Source: Octopus sinensis
Taxonomy: Eukaryota
DNA: 64,000 bases
Assembly (NCBI RefSeq): GCF_006345805.1
Contig: NC_043000.1
Span: 43,648,001 to 43,712,000, forward strand
Reading direction: 5' to 3'
Below are positions 1 through 13,384 of this stretch, one piece after another. The position numbers and the translations under genes are program-made. Under the pieces are notes generated by a model that saw only the letters and a list, made by a program, of their open reading frames with translations, was not told the origin of the DNA and searched no databases. Every line of letters starts with the position of its first letter. The first letter of the stretch is position 1.

Positions 1-139
1 GTAAATACTTCTCTAATGATAGCATATTCAATTCTAAAATCGACTTTAATTTCTTTCAATATAGGAAGTATTTTCAAAGAGAAAAATGGAAGGAAGAAAG
101 GAAGTTTGTGATATGCGAATCATTAAAATATCAATTATG

Positions 140-225
140 AAAAGGTATATATATATATATACACCCATCCATCCATCCATCCCTGCATATATATACGTAT
201 ATTTCAATGTATGCATATATATATA

Positions 226-281
<56 letters not shown>

Positions 282-300
282 TTAAACATATGTATATGTA
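140..300. repeat. (TA)n-rich compound microsatellite
   Basis: Direct TA dinucleotide run with interruptions; it produces the spurious YI-repeat ORF 86..319. Confidence 0.95.
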
Positions 301-2320
301 TGCATGGATGAATGGATAGATGTATCTATCAATCTATCTATATATCTATCTTTCATGCTGTATGTCTGCCTATCTAGGAATATGCGTGTTTGTATTTCCC
401 TAATCATGTAGTAGGTAGGAACATATATACAGCTATGCATATGTGTATATACAATAAGTTTGTATATGGTGATGAATGTATATCCCACACGTTGGTGTAT
501 GCATATATTGCAATGCAAAAATAATCAATGTTATGTTGATATCACAATTTGCTTTGTTCATTAAATTTCAAAAACCTTCCCGATTTATTTTCTTTTGTAT
601 ATATGAGAGTGTTGACAATATTGTAAATATTAGAGCTTTACATAATACCACCAATACTTCGGATGTAATGATGTAATAATTAGACAATAAATAGCCAATC
701 ATAAAGGTGGAAAAAGCGCTAAGCGCAGATGAACATGGCGATTCATAGCGATACAAGTAACTTATAAGTGGATTCTAACAGATGAATTATGCAAATTTGA
801 AATACTCTGTCGACCAAAAAAATTAAGAAACATTCATATCAACGTAATTAAATGTATGAGGAAATTTTGCATCCTATATCAAGTCTAATTTTACAAATTG
901 TCCAGGAATAAATGTTTTATGAACATGCATATGTATGTACATATTTCTATGTACGAAAATACATGTGGATGGATATAAACGTGCTTATATATTTATGCAT
1001 ACATAGTTATATGTATGTATGTTTGTATGTATATGATGTATACACACCCAGAGATCGCACACACTCTCACACACAGACACACATATCATATACCAAGTAC
1101 ATCATTAAGAAAATGTTCATCACGATAATGCATGGGCTCAGAAATAAAAATAAATACACAAACAGTTAGTCAATTACAAAGGAATCAATGAAGTAGTCTT
1201 TGAAGAATGCACAGAAAAGAGGGATATATTAGAAAGGATATATTATAAACACTTGAGATTAATACCTAATGATTATAAATATAAACTTAAAGGAATAAGC
1301 CATAACAGTCTAATTGTCCTAGGAATAATTAATAGATATATTACTAAAAATATAGAACTAAGTCCTCTACATGGATGCGAATGTTCATAATGGCAGGCTA
1401 GATAAATTGTTAAAAACCAACTTTGGTGTAAATCATTGGAATATTTATTGAGGGAGAATAAAAAGTCATAATTTGTGATGGACAGTTTTCGACTCATCAA
1501 TCTTAGAGGTGTTTTGATAACCAGTTAGAAACAATAATAAGTCAGTCTATGAAACATACAATAAATATTTAATGAGTAAGCATATTACACTAAACTAACT
1601 TAAATACACAATCAGATTTATATTTTCTGGTACGACAAACAATGATGGATGTGTGTGTGTGCATGTGTTTGAGTGTGCGCGTGTTGTTTATGGTTATGCT
1701 TGAATATGTTATATGTGATCGTGCATTGGCAAAAAGAAACAAAAATGCAAAATGTATGCAAATATTCTTAGGGAATTGACATAAAAAAATAACGTCAAGG
1801 CAATATTGAATATGCAAACTTAGTTAGCAATGCAAATATGATAGACAGACATCCAAGAAATAGAGAATATATCCACCAATAATCTAGGAATGCAAGTGAG
1901 AATTTGTAATTATCCTTTCAGCTTGATGGTAATTATTTGAGGGAGAAACACAGATAGAACCCCTATAATATTTAGGAGTAGTGAAAGATTACTAATATCA
2001 AAGTATAGATAGTTGCGTAACTGCATAATTTAAAGATATACACGACATGAGGTAAATATCACTGATTTGCAATGTAAACATTGTACTATTGTATTGAAAT
2101 GTAACAGATCAAATATTCATATAGTCAAAGAAGAAGGAAAAAGGGAAATGAACCACAGCAAATAAAGAATGCCCTCAGATATGCGATAGCCAGTGAAAAT
2201 CACAATAGAAAATAAAACGGCTAACGTGATTGTTATATACATTTTCCTTGTGCACATGTATAAGATCAAAACAATTTCTATGCGTTTGATACATTATATG
2301 ATTGCATTAAAATTATAGTG

Positions 2321-2550
2321 GAGCCGTGTGGGCTTAGTGGTTAAAGTGGTTGATTCATGATCGTAATATTGTGGTTTCGATTCCTGAACTGGCCGACGCG
2401 TTGTGTTCTGTACTTCACTTCACATTGTTCCAATTCACTCAGCTGGCAAACACTAGTAATCCTGCGACGGACTGGCGACCAGCACAGATGGGGCGTTTAA
2501 TCCCCATGGAAACCGGCAAACCGTTCCTTATGAGTGGGTACGGCTCATCA
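2321..2550 (+). mobile_element. tRNA-derived SINE (diverged)
   Basis: A-box-like GGCTTAGTGG, B-box-like GGTTTCGATTCC, body CACTCAGCTGGCAAA shared with 42629-42946, and tail GAAACCGG...TTATGAG shared with the minus copy at 44193-44502. Confidence 0.8.
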
Positions 2551-3273
2551 AGCTAACCTCTACCTTCAATTAAAATTACTAACCTCTAATTTAACCACAT
2601 TTACTACGAAGGTAAAACCACATATATGTGGTGAGTGGGGAAATGCTACTTACAAACATTTGCACATTCATTCCTAAGAATCTCAGGCCATGATTACTAT
2701 CTTAAAATTTATTATTCTTTAACTCACCTTACATTTATCTCCATTTTTATAATTTTCTATAACTTAACAAATTATATTATATTGAGAATTATCATTTCAG
2801 TTTAGGAAATTATAGCTAGATTCTGTTTTAACAATCCCGCATAAATATGAACAGTGAAACACTGTTATGTGAATAAACTATGACAACTACAGAGAAGTCC
2901 CAGAACTGTGGATTTACAGTCTCTCATTAATGCTCTCTAGTTAGAATGATATGTGAGTTGGATAGAATTTAAATGACGTATCTGTGAGTCGGATAGGTTT
3001 TAAATTACTTTTTCTTGTATTATATCTAGTGGATTTATATTGAGAGAAAATGTTTAACTTCGATTGTTTGAATTCATTAATGTAGAAACATATAACATAA
3101 AATATTTTAAGTACACTAAATTTTATAGCTGCACATATATTTTATCTAAGTGTGCACTAACATTCGGTATTAAGCTTAACAGATATTTTCTTAAAATTAA
3201 AGACCGAATCATTTAAGTAATATCATTGAATTGTACTGTACCGTGCCTGACCTTATGATATGTATGTTGACAG

Positions 3274-3428
3274 CTGTTTCAACGGTATGTCCAAAACGCA
3301 CTCGAAGATGTTTGCCATGTCGAGGTACGTGCTAAACAATTTTGAATCCATACAACATGTTGTATTGTAGAAGATAAACGTTGGACTATGACGGACAGTA
3401 TTTGTTATGAGAATGGAGCAAAGAAAAT
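3274..3428 (+). other. candidate pair of small exons (3274-3324, 3371-3428), unverified
   Basis: ttgacag|...GAG|gtacgt and ttgtag|...AAT|gtaagt. The joined frame is open: VSTVCPKRTRRCLPCREDKRWTMTDSICYENGAKK. The intron is only 46 nt and no homolog is recognised. Confidence 0.15.
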
Positions 3429-3789
3429 GTAAGTCTTCGATGAGTACTCGTTTTAGCAAATATATGATCTGGTGAAAGATATAGTAAACACGAATCCAGT
3501 ATTTAGATATTCATGTGTGTTGTAAGGAGAGATTTCATTGATAATTTGGCTTACTTTTAATATTTCTTATTTACCATTGTAAAATGTCCCCTATGAAAAA
3601 TGTATATAGTTTCAGCATATCTTAAAAAAGTATATTCGCAGAGCATAGGATATTTTGTCTAGTACGTGAAAATATCATTTCGTAATATTTGCATATTATC
3701 AAAAGCCTTTTGAGGAGAGCTTGATTGTTTGTAATAGACCGTAGTAAATTTTAGTGCTAGGCAAGCAATTACGTGGAATATAGATCAAT

Positions 3790-3952
3790 TACAGCTACCC
3801 CAATGTTCAATTTATAGTTATTATTTAATTGACCATGAAATGATGAAAGGGAAAAGTCGACCTTGGCGGAATTTGAACTCTGAAGGTTAAGTCGGAAGAA
3901 ATGCTGGGAAGCATTTTTCCAGTGTAGAAACGTTTCTGCAAGCTCACCGGCT
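3790..3952 (-). mobile_element. SINE (gtcgacctcggcggaatttgaactc family), diverged
   Basis: AAAGTCGACCTTGGCGGAATTTGAACTC is the reverse complement of the core of the plus copy at 43360-43572. Confidence 0.8.
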
Positions 3953-4664
3953 AATAGTAAAGAAATATTAATGATTCATGAAACCTAGGATAAAGTGCTA
4001 TCCGCTTGGAGTTTATTGGCTATGAGAAGCAGGACAGTATATCAAAAAAGAAAACTTAGCTTGGTATCCCTCTAAATTCCACGCGTTATAAATCTCTTAT
4101 CTAGTACTCCGTTAGCTAAGGTATTTTTAATAGACTCCATAAGTATATAGAATTTATATGTTAATTTTATGCATCTAAAACTAGTTTAGATTAATATATA
4201 TCAAACGCAGCATGCATAAATACATTAAATGTGATAAATATTTGGCATAGTTTGTGATCGTGTTTGGAGCACTTGAACTTATCAACTCTTGGAGGGAAAG
4301 CAAAGATAATGGAATACTGATAATTTTTAATAAAACATAAATGGGTACTGCTTATTTATGAGAAAGCAAATCTGTTTGAATGCTCTCTACTACAGATGTG
4401 GAATACTTTTGCACGCAAACATGTATATGTATATACATATAATTGCTAGGTCGTTCCTGGCTTCTGCTTGTAACAGGTAACCTATAATCAAGTACAACTT
4501 GTCACATGGTCATGCCATCAGCAACTAAAGCGATAAGCCACTCCAATCATCCTTGATGAAGAATTTGAGTTGTTGGGCATCCTCGGAATGAAAAACAAAA
4601 CACGTCACAGCTTGAAGGATCTCAAGTGAGCTAACGTTCTTCCACTCATGTGAGATTATCTGGA

Positions 4665-4810
4665 CTAGTGGTTAGGGTGATGCAAAGCACGATCACGAGA
4701 TCATTGTTTCGAATACCAGTCTGCCTTTGCTTTATATACTTGACCAAAACATTTCATTTAAAGTTGTTCTAGTTCATTCAGCTATAAATGGATAAACTGT
4801 GACGGATTAA
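4665..4810 (+). mobile_element. highly diverged SINE remnant
   Basis: CTAGTGGTTAGGGT...CACGATCACGAGATCATTGTTTCGAATACC...CATTCAGCT resembles the head and body of 42629-42946. Confidence 0.4.
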
Positions 4811-5426
4811 CGTACAAGTGCGAAATGGTGACTTAGGAAAATCAACTGAAAATCAAGTAGTCGAAACGATAAATATTACAATGTGTACTGCGAATCTCGA
4901 CTGGAAATGATTGTTCGTCTAAGAGTGAATTACACACACACACACACACACACATATTCGGCTCAGTATTTTACTGGTATAACATATTTGATGTCGACTC
5001 CAAATATATGAGTGAAATGTCGAGCAAAGATGTCACACATGCCTTTTGTTTAGCAATTATACTGAAAATGGGTTTCTGTGATACACCACAAGGCCGTTAC
5101 GTGAGATGCAAAAATTATTATCCAATAAATAAGATCCAAATGAATGTCGATTGCCAAAAATATGTAAATATATTGTATATTGCATCTTTTCACTAAAATT
5201 TTCAAATTTGGATATGCCAGTAACTAAATGTAACTGAATGTATTCAGCTTCAATCCTCCATCATCTTTATATTGAACATACTTTAATATGTTTGACTTGA
5301 TTAATGACTAAGCAGAAAGATGTTGGTGCGAAAAAAAACAGTTGTAACGATAACTTACCTATCTGTTTAACAACAGACCCTATTTTTTCCTATTCCCATG
5401 AAGAATATTCGCTTCATGAAGAAATT

Positions 5427-5427
<1 letters not shown>

Positions 5428-5501
<74 letters not shown>

Positions 5502-5502
5502 A
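5428..5502. repeat. (TA)n microsatellite
   Basis: Direct repeat run. Confidence 0.95.
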
Positions 5503-6855
5503 TCAGATATTCAATGTGAATTGTCCATATGTGCGCAGTAAAGAGAATGCAATAATTATTTTACGGTTATTATAAATGGATTCCATAATACAAAGTCAAA
5601 ATTGTGTAATTTTATCAAGCTTTATATCCATATATCAACCTTATATTTCTGAATGTTATTTAGTATAACACTTCCTTTCCGTACATTCTTCTACTGGAAA
5701 TGTTTTTGTCTTCTATATTTGTTTTCCAATTTTCATGTTACTTCCACGTACTGAATATAGAACGAGGAACGACATACTATTACAGATAAATATTGCATTG
5801 GTAAATGTAGTATAATTAAAAATTAATAGGAATTTAGAGGATTGCATGATAAATTTGTCTATTTCCTAAAGCGAAAAATGATGCATATTATTTTACATGA
5901 TGACACATATACATACCTTAAACGTTACACTCACGAATTACCAAAGCCGGAGTAAATGATGAGTAGGAATGGGCTTACACTTTGGAAGTGCAACCTCTAG
6001 TAATTGACTCAGCGGCTGGTTTGTTTTGTTTTAATGTATCTGTTGTTTAGGTTTTCTAAAACATATTTAAAATTAGTGTCGTAACCCATAGACTTTTAGG
6101 TCTTATACAGTACACAATTCTTGCAGGTAACTATACAACACATGCAATACGGACATTCACAAAAATGGAAGATGATGACTTGCAATTTTAGAGGAAGGAT
6201 AATCGTGAAAGATCATCGATTGGTATAACACGATGATGTAACACGATTAAAATTGGTTACAAGATTCTGATACATTTATCATATGTAAGACAGATAAAAT
6301 TCATCACTAGACGCCTAGATTAAATTTACTATATAAATATTAAAGTCAATGGCAATTTCCTTTATGCAAAATATGAAGGGTTTCACAACGGTATTTTAGT
6401 TAATTTAATCCAAATTCCACCTGAAGTTAATTATTAACAAGAAAAAATATCACAGCAATATAGATGTATATATATATACATACACATGACTCGCTTTGTC
6501 CGAAATACATAAGAAGTTGCATAATATTGAATGCTCTAGACGATTTGAACTTCTTCTCGGGTTCTACAAGTGGATTTAACCTAATTTATAAAATATCTTA
6601 CTTTACTTATCTTCAAAGTGCATCTATGTACTTCAACCTCATATATCGTATACTGGGAAAATCAAAGTTTCGGACCCAATTTGTTCCCAGATTAAAATTA
6701 AAATATAATCTCACTTGAAGCTCGGGAAGTCAGTTTAAATAGGGATTCTCTATTTAACTCGACGCCAGATGAGTCAGTTCTGACATATGGTACAGGGTAC
6801 AAAAGATTTCCTGAAATATTTATCTGATGCATTTTGGTGTTTTTGATATTACAAC

Positions 6856-6857
<2 letters not shown>

Positions 6858-6925
<68 letters not shown>

Positions 6926-7005
6926 TTATGTCCTGTACTTATTGCGTATATTTTGGTTTTGTCTTCTGCTTATCTCGGTGTGTTTACGTATTCTTCAGAA
7001 CATGA

Positions 7006-7070
<65 letters not shown>
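6858..7070. repeat. (TA)n microsatellite split by an 86-bp insert
   Basis: Two pure TA runs flank 6923-7008. Confidence 0.95.
6923..7008. mobile_element. putative mini-MITE with short TIRs inside (TA)n
   Basis: Starts TGGTTATGTCC and ends GAACATGACCA (rc TGGTCATGTTC; 11 bp, 2 mismatches), with TA on both sides. Confidence 0.4.
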
Positions 7071-7072
<2 letters not shown>

Positions 7073-7156
7073 TTATTTGAGAGAATAGAATCCAAACTTA
7101 CAAGGAAAAAATTCAACTTAGAAATACTAAATCAAATTTCACACAATATAATATAA

Positions 7157-7324
7157 AAGGCGCAGGAGTGGCTAAGGCGCATGAGTGGCTGTGTGGTAAG
7201 TAGCTTGCTTACCAACCGCATGGTTCCGGGTTCAGTCCCACTGCGTGGCACCTTGGGAGAGTGCCTTCTACTTTAGCCTCGAGCCGACCAAAGCCTTGTG
7301 AGTGGATTCGGTAGACGGAAACTG
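7157..7324 (+). mobile_element. tRNA-derived SINE 5' part, interrupted
   Basis: AGGAGTGGCTGTGTGGTAAG...GGGTTCAGTCCCACTGCG...GTGAGTGGATTCGGTAGACGGAAACTG. The first ~17 nt are duplicated. Same family as 50496-50845. Confidence 0.85.
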
Positions 7325-7547
7325 AATATTAAAATTTAAATAACAATAAAATGTCATCGATTGAGTAAATTGCAAAAAATAATAATAAAAACGTATAAAA
7401 TATAGTAATTTCTCTACTACTATAATCATTTCTTACATATAGCCACGAACCACGTTTCGTTATTCTACCTATTATATACGTTTTTATTATTAATTTTTGC
7501 AATTTACTTAATCATTGACATTTTATTGTTATTTTAATTTTAATATT
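7325..7547. mobile_element. AT-rich fold-back element / MITE
   Basis: 73-bp arms (7325-7397 and 7475-7547) are inverted with 5 mismatches around a 77-bp spacer. Confidence 0.7.
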
Positions 7548-7617
7548 TCTATTATATGTAATTTTCTGGATGGTGTAATTTAATTGTTCATTTCGAATTA
7601 ATAAAAGATGTTTTTTC

Positions 7618-7700
<83 letters not shown>

Positions 7701-7703
<3 letters not shown>

Positions 7704-7904
7704 CCTCGTGAGTACCGCCGCCGATTTTTTCCCTCTATCTTCCCTTCTTGGGATCCTTCCTTCTCCTATGTTTCCGACGAAGAGCTCCGCTCGAAAGTTA
7801 AACCCTCCTTCTTCCCTTCTTTCCTGAGCGTCCAATAATACTTTATTTGTTCCACGTCCTCGCGTTGTTGTGTTTTTGTTTTTTTTGTGTTTTCTTGTTT
7901 GGAT

Positions 7905-7908
<4 letters not shown>
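7701..7908 (+). mobile_element. ~200-bp hammerhead-like repeat (Penelope pLTR/retrozyme-like), family A
   Basis: GTTT-CCGACGA-A-GAGC(TCC)GCTC-GAAA-GTT-AAAC at 7770-7803 matches a type I hammerhead layout with core mutations. A second, truncated copy lies at 43597-43710. It sits between (TG)n and (TA)n. Confidence 0.6.
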
Positions 7909-7947
<39 letters not shown>

Positions 7948-9690
7948 TCGCTATTCCATCTGTGATTGTTGTAAATACCCAGACTAAAACGAAAATAATA
8001 TTTTGATTGTATATCAGTTTGCTTAGAATGTAGTTTTAAATATCGCATCAATTACATTCATATATGAAAAGAAGAAGACGATTCTATACGGATTTCGACA
8101 TATGTTTAATCTATTTACCATTTGATATACCAGATTAATCGATTACAAATTAAAGATTGTAAGATTTTTGGGGAAAATTAATGTAATGGAATTCTATATA
8201 AGAAATGGTGAGTCGAAAAGTGATATTTGCTTAGTGCGTATTATGAATAATTTCTGTAAGAAACAAGACTCTTGTATCACTTCACTGATACGTATGTTAA
8301 CAGAGAATTGTTAAAACAGTGATAAACAACAGAATAAGTATATCTTTCGTTGTCTTCAAAATACTAATGATTAAAGATATTTCCATTATATTTTGTTGTA
8401 CCTTTGGGCGATGTTCTGCTAAAGAAGCAGTGAAATTCTAATAACTTCAGTGGCACAATATCACAAAAGCCCTGAGGGCAAACTATCACTGAATATAATG
8501 AACAGATTATTTTCTTGAAAGGTAACTTGTATAGTCTATATGAAAAGATTGCTTATATGTTTTAAATATTTAATCATCTATACAAAGGTTTGAATATTCA
8601 ATACAAGGTTTCATTAAGTAAAAGTAAAAGCAAAATGACGACAAATATGTTTCTCTTGGAAACAGAGCTACCTCAATTTTGATTTGTCTATTTCTGGGGA
8701 AATTCTTTATTTTTGCTATCTACGTGTATTCATGAGCTGTGACTACGTTATTCAATCTGTTTTAAATAACTGTTAGCATCTTGACATAGATCATCAATTC
8801 ATTGATCATAGTCATTGTTACATCACTTTGAAGACTAAAAGTGCATGTAAGATTGTGAGAAAAACAAGATTTTATTTATTAACATTTGTTTTTATATCTT
8901 GTATCCAATGATCATTGTCAATAAGAAGGTTACCAAAATGCTATATATAAATTTTCTAGTAATACACATTTTCAATTAACAAAATCATAATTATTTCCCT
9001 ACTGAGTAATATCAACGAAGATTTGCAAAGAATATTGACTGTGGAATTTTGAGTATGTAAATTAATTACGCAGTTAAATACGTTAATTTCTTAGGAAATG
9101 CGGGGGCTTCTCCCAGCAAGAACTCATGTAATACTTGTGCTGAACATGACGATGAAAGCTTCACAAGGTCTATAAAGAAGCAATAATCCATCCTCTCGTA
9201 TATCTTGAATTCAAAATAGAGTAATATTAAGTAATTATAGCAGTATTGTACTATACCGCGATGTGAAAAGGAAAAACAAAACATTTTACACAATGAGATT
9301 ATTAAAAAAATACAAGATGTTAAGAAACTGAAGCACATTTTAGTTTCTCAATCAAATACAAATAAAGAATAATAATTTTCCCCACGTTTTCACTAAGCTA
9401 GTAAATGATAACAAAAACAAAGCTAGATTGCACATATATTGCTTTACACTTTTGGAGCTCATAGAAGTAGAGATATACTGATTATGTTTGGAAAACAATG
9501 ACGTTATCTCAGATTGTATTAATGATTTATTTCTTACGTGCGACAGACATGCATACATACAAATTGTCACACGATGCCATAATGCTTTCGCACTATTTAT
9601 AGTGCAATACTTTGAAATACAAATTAACATATAGGATTTACTCACAAAATGTATGTGTGCGTGTGCGTATGGGGTGTGTCAGTGTATGTT

Positions 9691-9886
9691 CGCCATGATA
9701 GATCGTTAGCCACTACACACATTTTTTCTCTCCTTTTTTCTCTCCTTGTTTTCTGCGTCCCTTTCTATAGAAGAGCGTAGGTTCGAAACGTAAAAGACTT
9801 TTTTCTATTCCTGGGCGTTATACTAATCTCTGTGATTTGTACACCACCTGACTTCGTCTTGTGTTGTTTGTTTCGTAAACTCTCCT
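9691..9886 (+). mobile_element. ~200-bp hammerhead-like repeat, family B
   Basis: CTTT-CTATAGA-A-GAGC(GTAG)GTTC-GAAA-CGTA-AAAG at 9761-9796: stem I CTTT/AAAG, stem II and GAAAC are kept, but CUGANGA is mutated. It sits between (TG)-rich and (TA) runs. Confidence 0.5.
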
Positions 9887-12689
9887 TATATATATAGAGA
9901 GATATAAATAGATATATCTTTCATCTTTTACTGGTTTCAGCCCATGCAGAAAGGTTCTTCAGGTGCCCAATTTTGCATTTGATGTTGTTCTGCGACAGGC
10001 TTCTTATTTTCATCAGTCGAAATGGCGTTGGTGTTGGTGTGTTGGGTGGTTTAGTGGCAGTGATGGCCAATCGAGGTCCATCAATTTTGGCGGTCATGTG
10101 TGTGTGTGTATTTGTGTGTATATATAATTAGCAGACACGTAGTATGCATATTGTAAAAGTAATGTATTTTACCGGTACACTTCCGAAATTAATTTTGAAG
10201 AAATATAATTTAACTTCAAGAACATTCCCGAAATCCATGTTAGGTGATACTACAGTTTCATAAAGAAATTAGATGATATATAGATAAGGTGGATAATATA
10301 AGTTTGGGGTTTGGTGATAAACAAAGGGAGAACTTGTATTATTAACACTAAAAAAATGGTTCAAGTACATCATAAGAAATTCATATGCCTTCCTGTATTT
10401 TGAATTAACGTGTTTAGTGAAGGTTGAGTTATTTCTTGCTTGTAACAGTGCATTCTTTAGATTTCGCATCAAAACCTGAACGATTTTACAAACGTGGCTT
10501 TTAGAGGCTTGTTGGGAATGAAGTTCTAGAAAATAATGGACATTATGTTACCGAATAAATATTGTCTTAATCATGGGCTTTTTCATTTTTTAAAGATACC
10601 TTAAAATCGAGCATTACCTTTGCACCAACCTGATATATTGCAGTAACTCCAGCAATTCCTAGGGATATCTGAAGAAAGAATTATTATTCCGAAATATGAT
10701 ATCGGATGATGGATGATTAAATTACAACAGTTCTTATAGCTCATTGTTTGTATTATGGTGCATTGTTATGTCATTCAAAATATTTTATTCTTTACAAACA
10801 ATACACAATGCTTCCAGCGAACACCAATACTCTCATATATATGTATATATATATATATGCGTGTGTGTGTGTATGTGTGTGTGTGTGTTAGTGTATTGTT
10901 AGTATATGACACGATAGACCGAAACAGCATACAGTGAGATATTGCTCTCACCAAATTCATTCCGATGTGTTACGAAGCAAACTTTACCATTCTTTCCCAT
11001 GTGAAAACAGTGTTGCTAGTAGTCATATCAAATATATTATTTACCTTATTGTTTGTCTAAGTGTTTTTCTTATATAACGAAGACTAGTACGAGGCTAAGT
11101 TGTTTCAAAAATGCTTCTTAAGCGTAGTAATAACAACCTTTGTTATTCAACATTTTTCGCATTTTGCTGTAATGAAAATTGTTTAGATTTACGCTTCAGA
11201 CGCTAATATTTATACAATAGACAAATTCATTTATATCAAAGCAATCGCAATCGAAACAGTTTGAAACAAATAGTTATAAAGAAAGAAATTCCATCTGATA
11301 CTCGGTTATCTGTAATATATTGAAATATACTTATATCTTAAATCACAAATATTAGAAAATACATTGCGATATTCTTTACCGATGCTGTGAAAAATGAGTC
11401 CGCTTACAATCTTTAACTACTTTTTTCTTTAAGTCAATAATTTTTAAGCAATTATATGTACTCAAAGTATTTGTTTCCTTATATCTCAAATTTTAGATGC
11501 AAAAATTAAAAGTAATTTCATTCGCATATATCATTATTAATATATATATATTGAAGAAATAAGGATGTTAGTGAGAGAAAATTAATTGATGTATATCAGC
11601 TAATGCTATTTTGTATCTGTCTCAGAAACAGGAAATGCAATAATTCATTCTTTATTGTTTATTCCTCACATAGTTATTTATTAGATAGCTTTATTTCATT
11701 TGGTATTCTTAAAGCCAACATAGTATTTTATAATATGTGCCATAGAGAAAGAAACCATTAATACACTAATGGAGTAAAATATATAGTTTTTGAAATATTC
11801 AATTTTTTTCTATGTTTTAGTGCTAGCTTCATTTAATATTCAAATGGAAGATATAGATTTAAAATACAGAATCTATATAAACACCGGGTTATTTGTATAA
11901 GGATATATATACTTAAAAATAGTATTTCAGACTATACTAATAATCCTTGTGTGACATTTTTGCATGATGTGCCAACTATTACTGTCTTTGATTAGAATCG
12001 AGACATATACTTTTCAAATATAAACTTATTTTAAACTGCAGTGGAATCGAACTACATAATTTAAAACAACATAAGCCGTGAATAGATACAGGGAAGTATT
12101 TTGCATATTACCTAAGCGACTTTTGCAGACAACATTCCCAACGAATTGATATCTGAAAGAAGCTTTCATAATGAACAAAAGAAATGCGATGTTTCTCTAA
12201 GTGTGTGACTCAATATTTATGAATTTCAATCAAATTAGTTTATTAAGGGTATCATAGTTTAGACTTATGCTGATTTCAAAGATACGCAAACCATAACTAT
12301 CCTGTCAGTTTATCATTACAGATCTACCTTTTATTTCTTTCTTTAAGAAAATCGATTATCGATATGAGCCTGATATGGCTTGTAAGTCTAGTAGCTCTTG
12401 TGCTATGATATCACTCGGAAAAGAAGTTATATTTTACCTTTTGAATTTGGCAGCTGTTTAGCTAATATGTAGCGACATTTAGTAATCCGGGATCAAGTAA
12501 TACCACTTCATATTCGACAGCATATATTTTTCAAACCGTATAAAAATGCTGTCACGTGATATATCCGATCACTTGCCTGGGGAAACTTTGTGTAAACTCA
12601 AACAAAACTTATGGAGGCCAAGATAAATGAATGCTATTCAAAACTAACAGAAGTAAATTGTAAATTATGAATTAGCGCAAATCAAATAC

Positions 12690-13200
12690 ATTTTAAAATA
12701 ATCCTGTGCCAGATCCTGACGTAGCAAATAACAATTGGAGCAAAGCATATGCCAACACAATTTGGAAGCGGATTGCTTATGAAAATTTAACAGAACGAAA
12801 CAAGAAAATATAGAGGTAAAAACAAAAAGGGAATGCTTATGAAAATATAGTGTTGCAAAGACCCAGGACCCTGTGGTTTTCAAAGACTTTAAATGATAAT
12901 CTCTCAAATATACAATGACTGTATAGAAAATGGAAAATCAACATAGACAACAGGATGAAAGATAGTCACCATACAGATAAACTTAAAAGATAAAAAAGTG
13001 GAGCTGGTCAGCAATTATTGACCCATTAACTGATTACTGTTAGCCTGAAAATCATTATCGGACCGTTGAATATTTATAGTATGATAGTGAATGAAGCACG
13101 AATAGAAATCATGATCGTTAACGACAGTGTCCCTCACCGTTGTCTCTTGGAATACCTGAGGATTAACAGAAAAAAGGTTGAGTGCATGTGAAGTAGAACA
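12690..13200 (+). mobile_element. decayed R4/Dong-like LINE reverse transcriptase fragment
   Basis: Frameshifted remnants of RT motifs: KxPGP (aagacccaggaccc), SNYRPI-like (agcaattattgacccatt) and DSVPH (gacagtgtccctcac). Confidence 0.55.
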
Positions 13201-13323
13201 TGAGCAAATATCTTGATAGTTAACATGAAAATACGCAAGATTAATTTCCATTAATTTCCGTTATTTTCAATATTCTGATAATTGAATTAATTAAATCCAT
13301 ACCTAAGATGTTTCAATAAATCA

Positions 13324-13362
<39 letters not shown>

Positions 13363-13384
13363 CATGCATAAATATCTTTTGTTA

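Noticed and set aside
5956-6050. C/D snoRNA (ATGATGA box C); similar boxes near 22411 and 46755
   Set aside because: No CTGA box D or terminal stem at a suitable distance.
6128-6192. Terminal exon candidate (ttcttgcag|...MEDDDLQF*); also 9094-9190 and 44718-44758
   Set aside because: Splice-like sites are common by chance in AT-rich DNA, phases do not link to other candidates, and no homology is recognisable.
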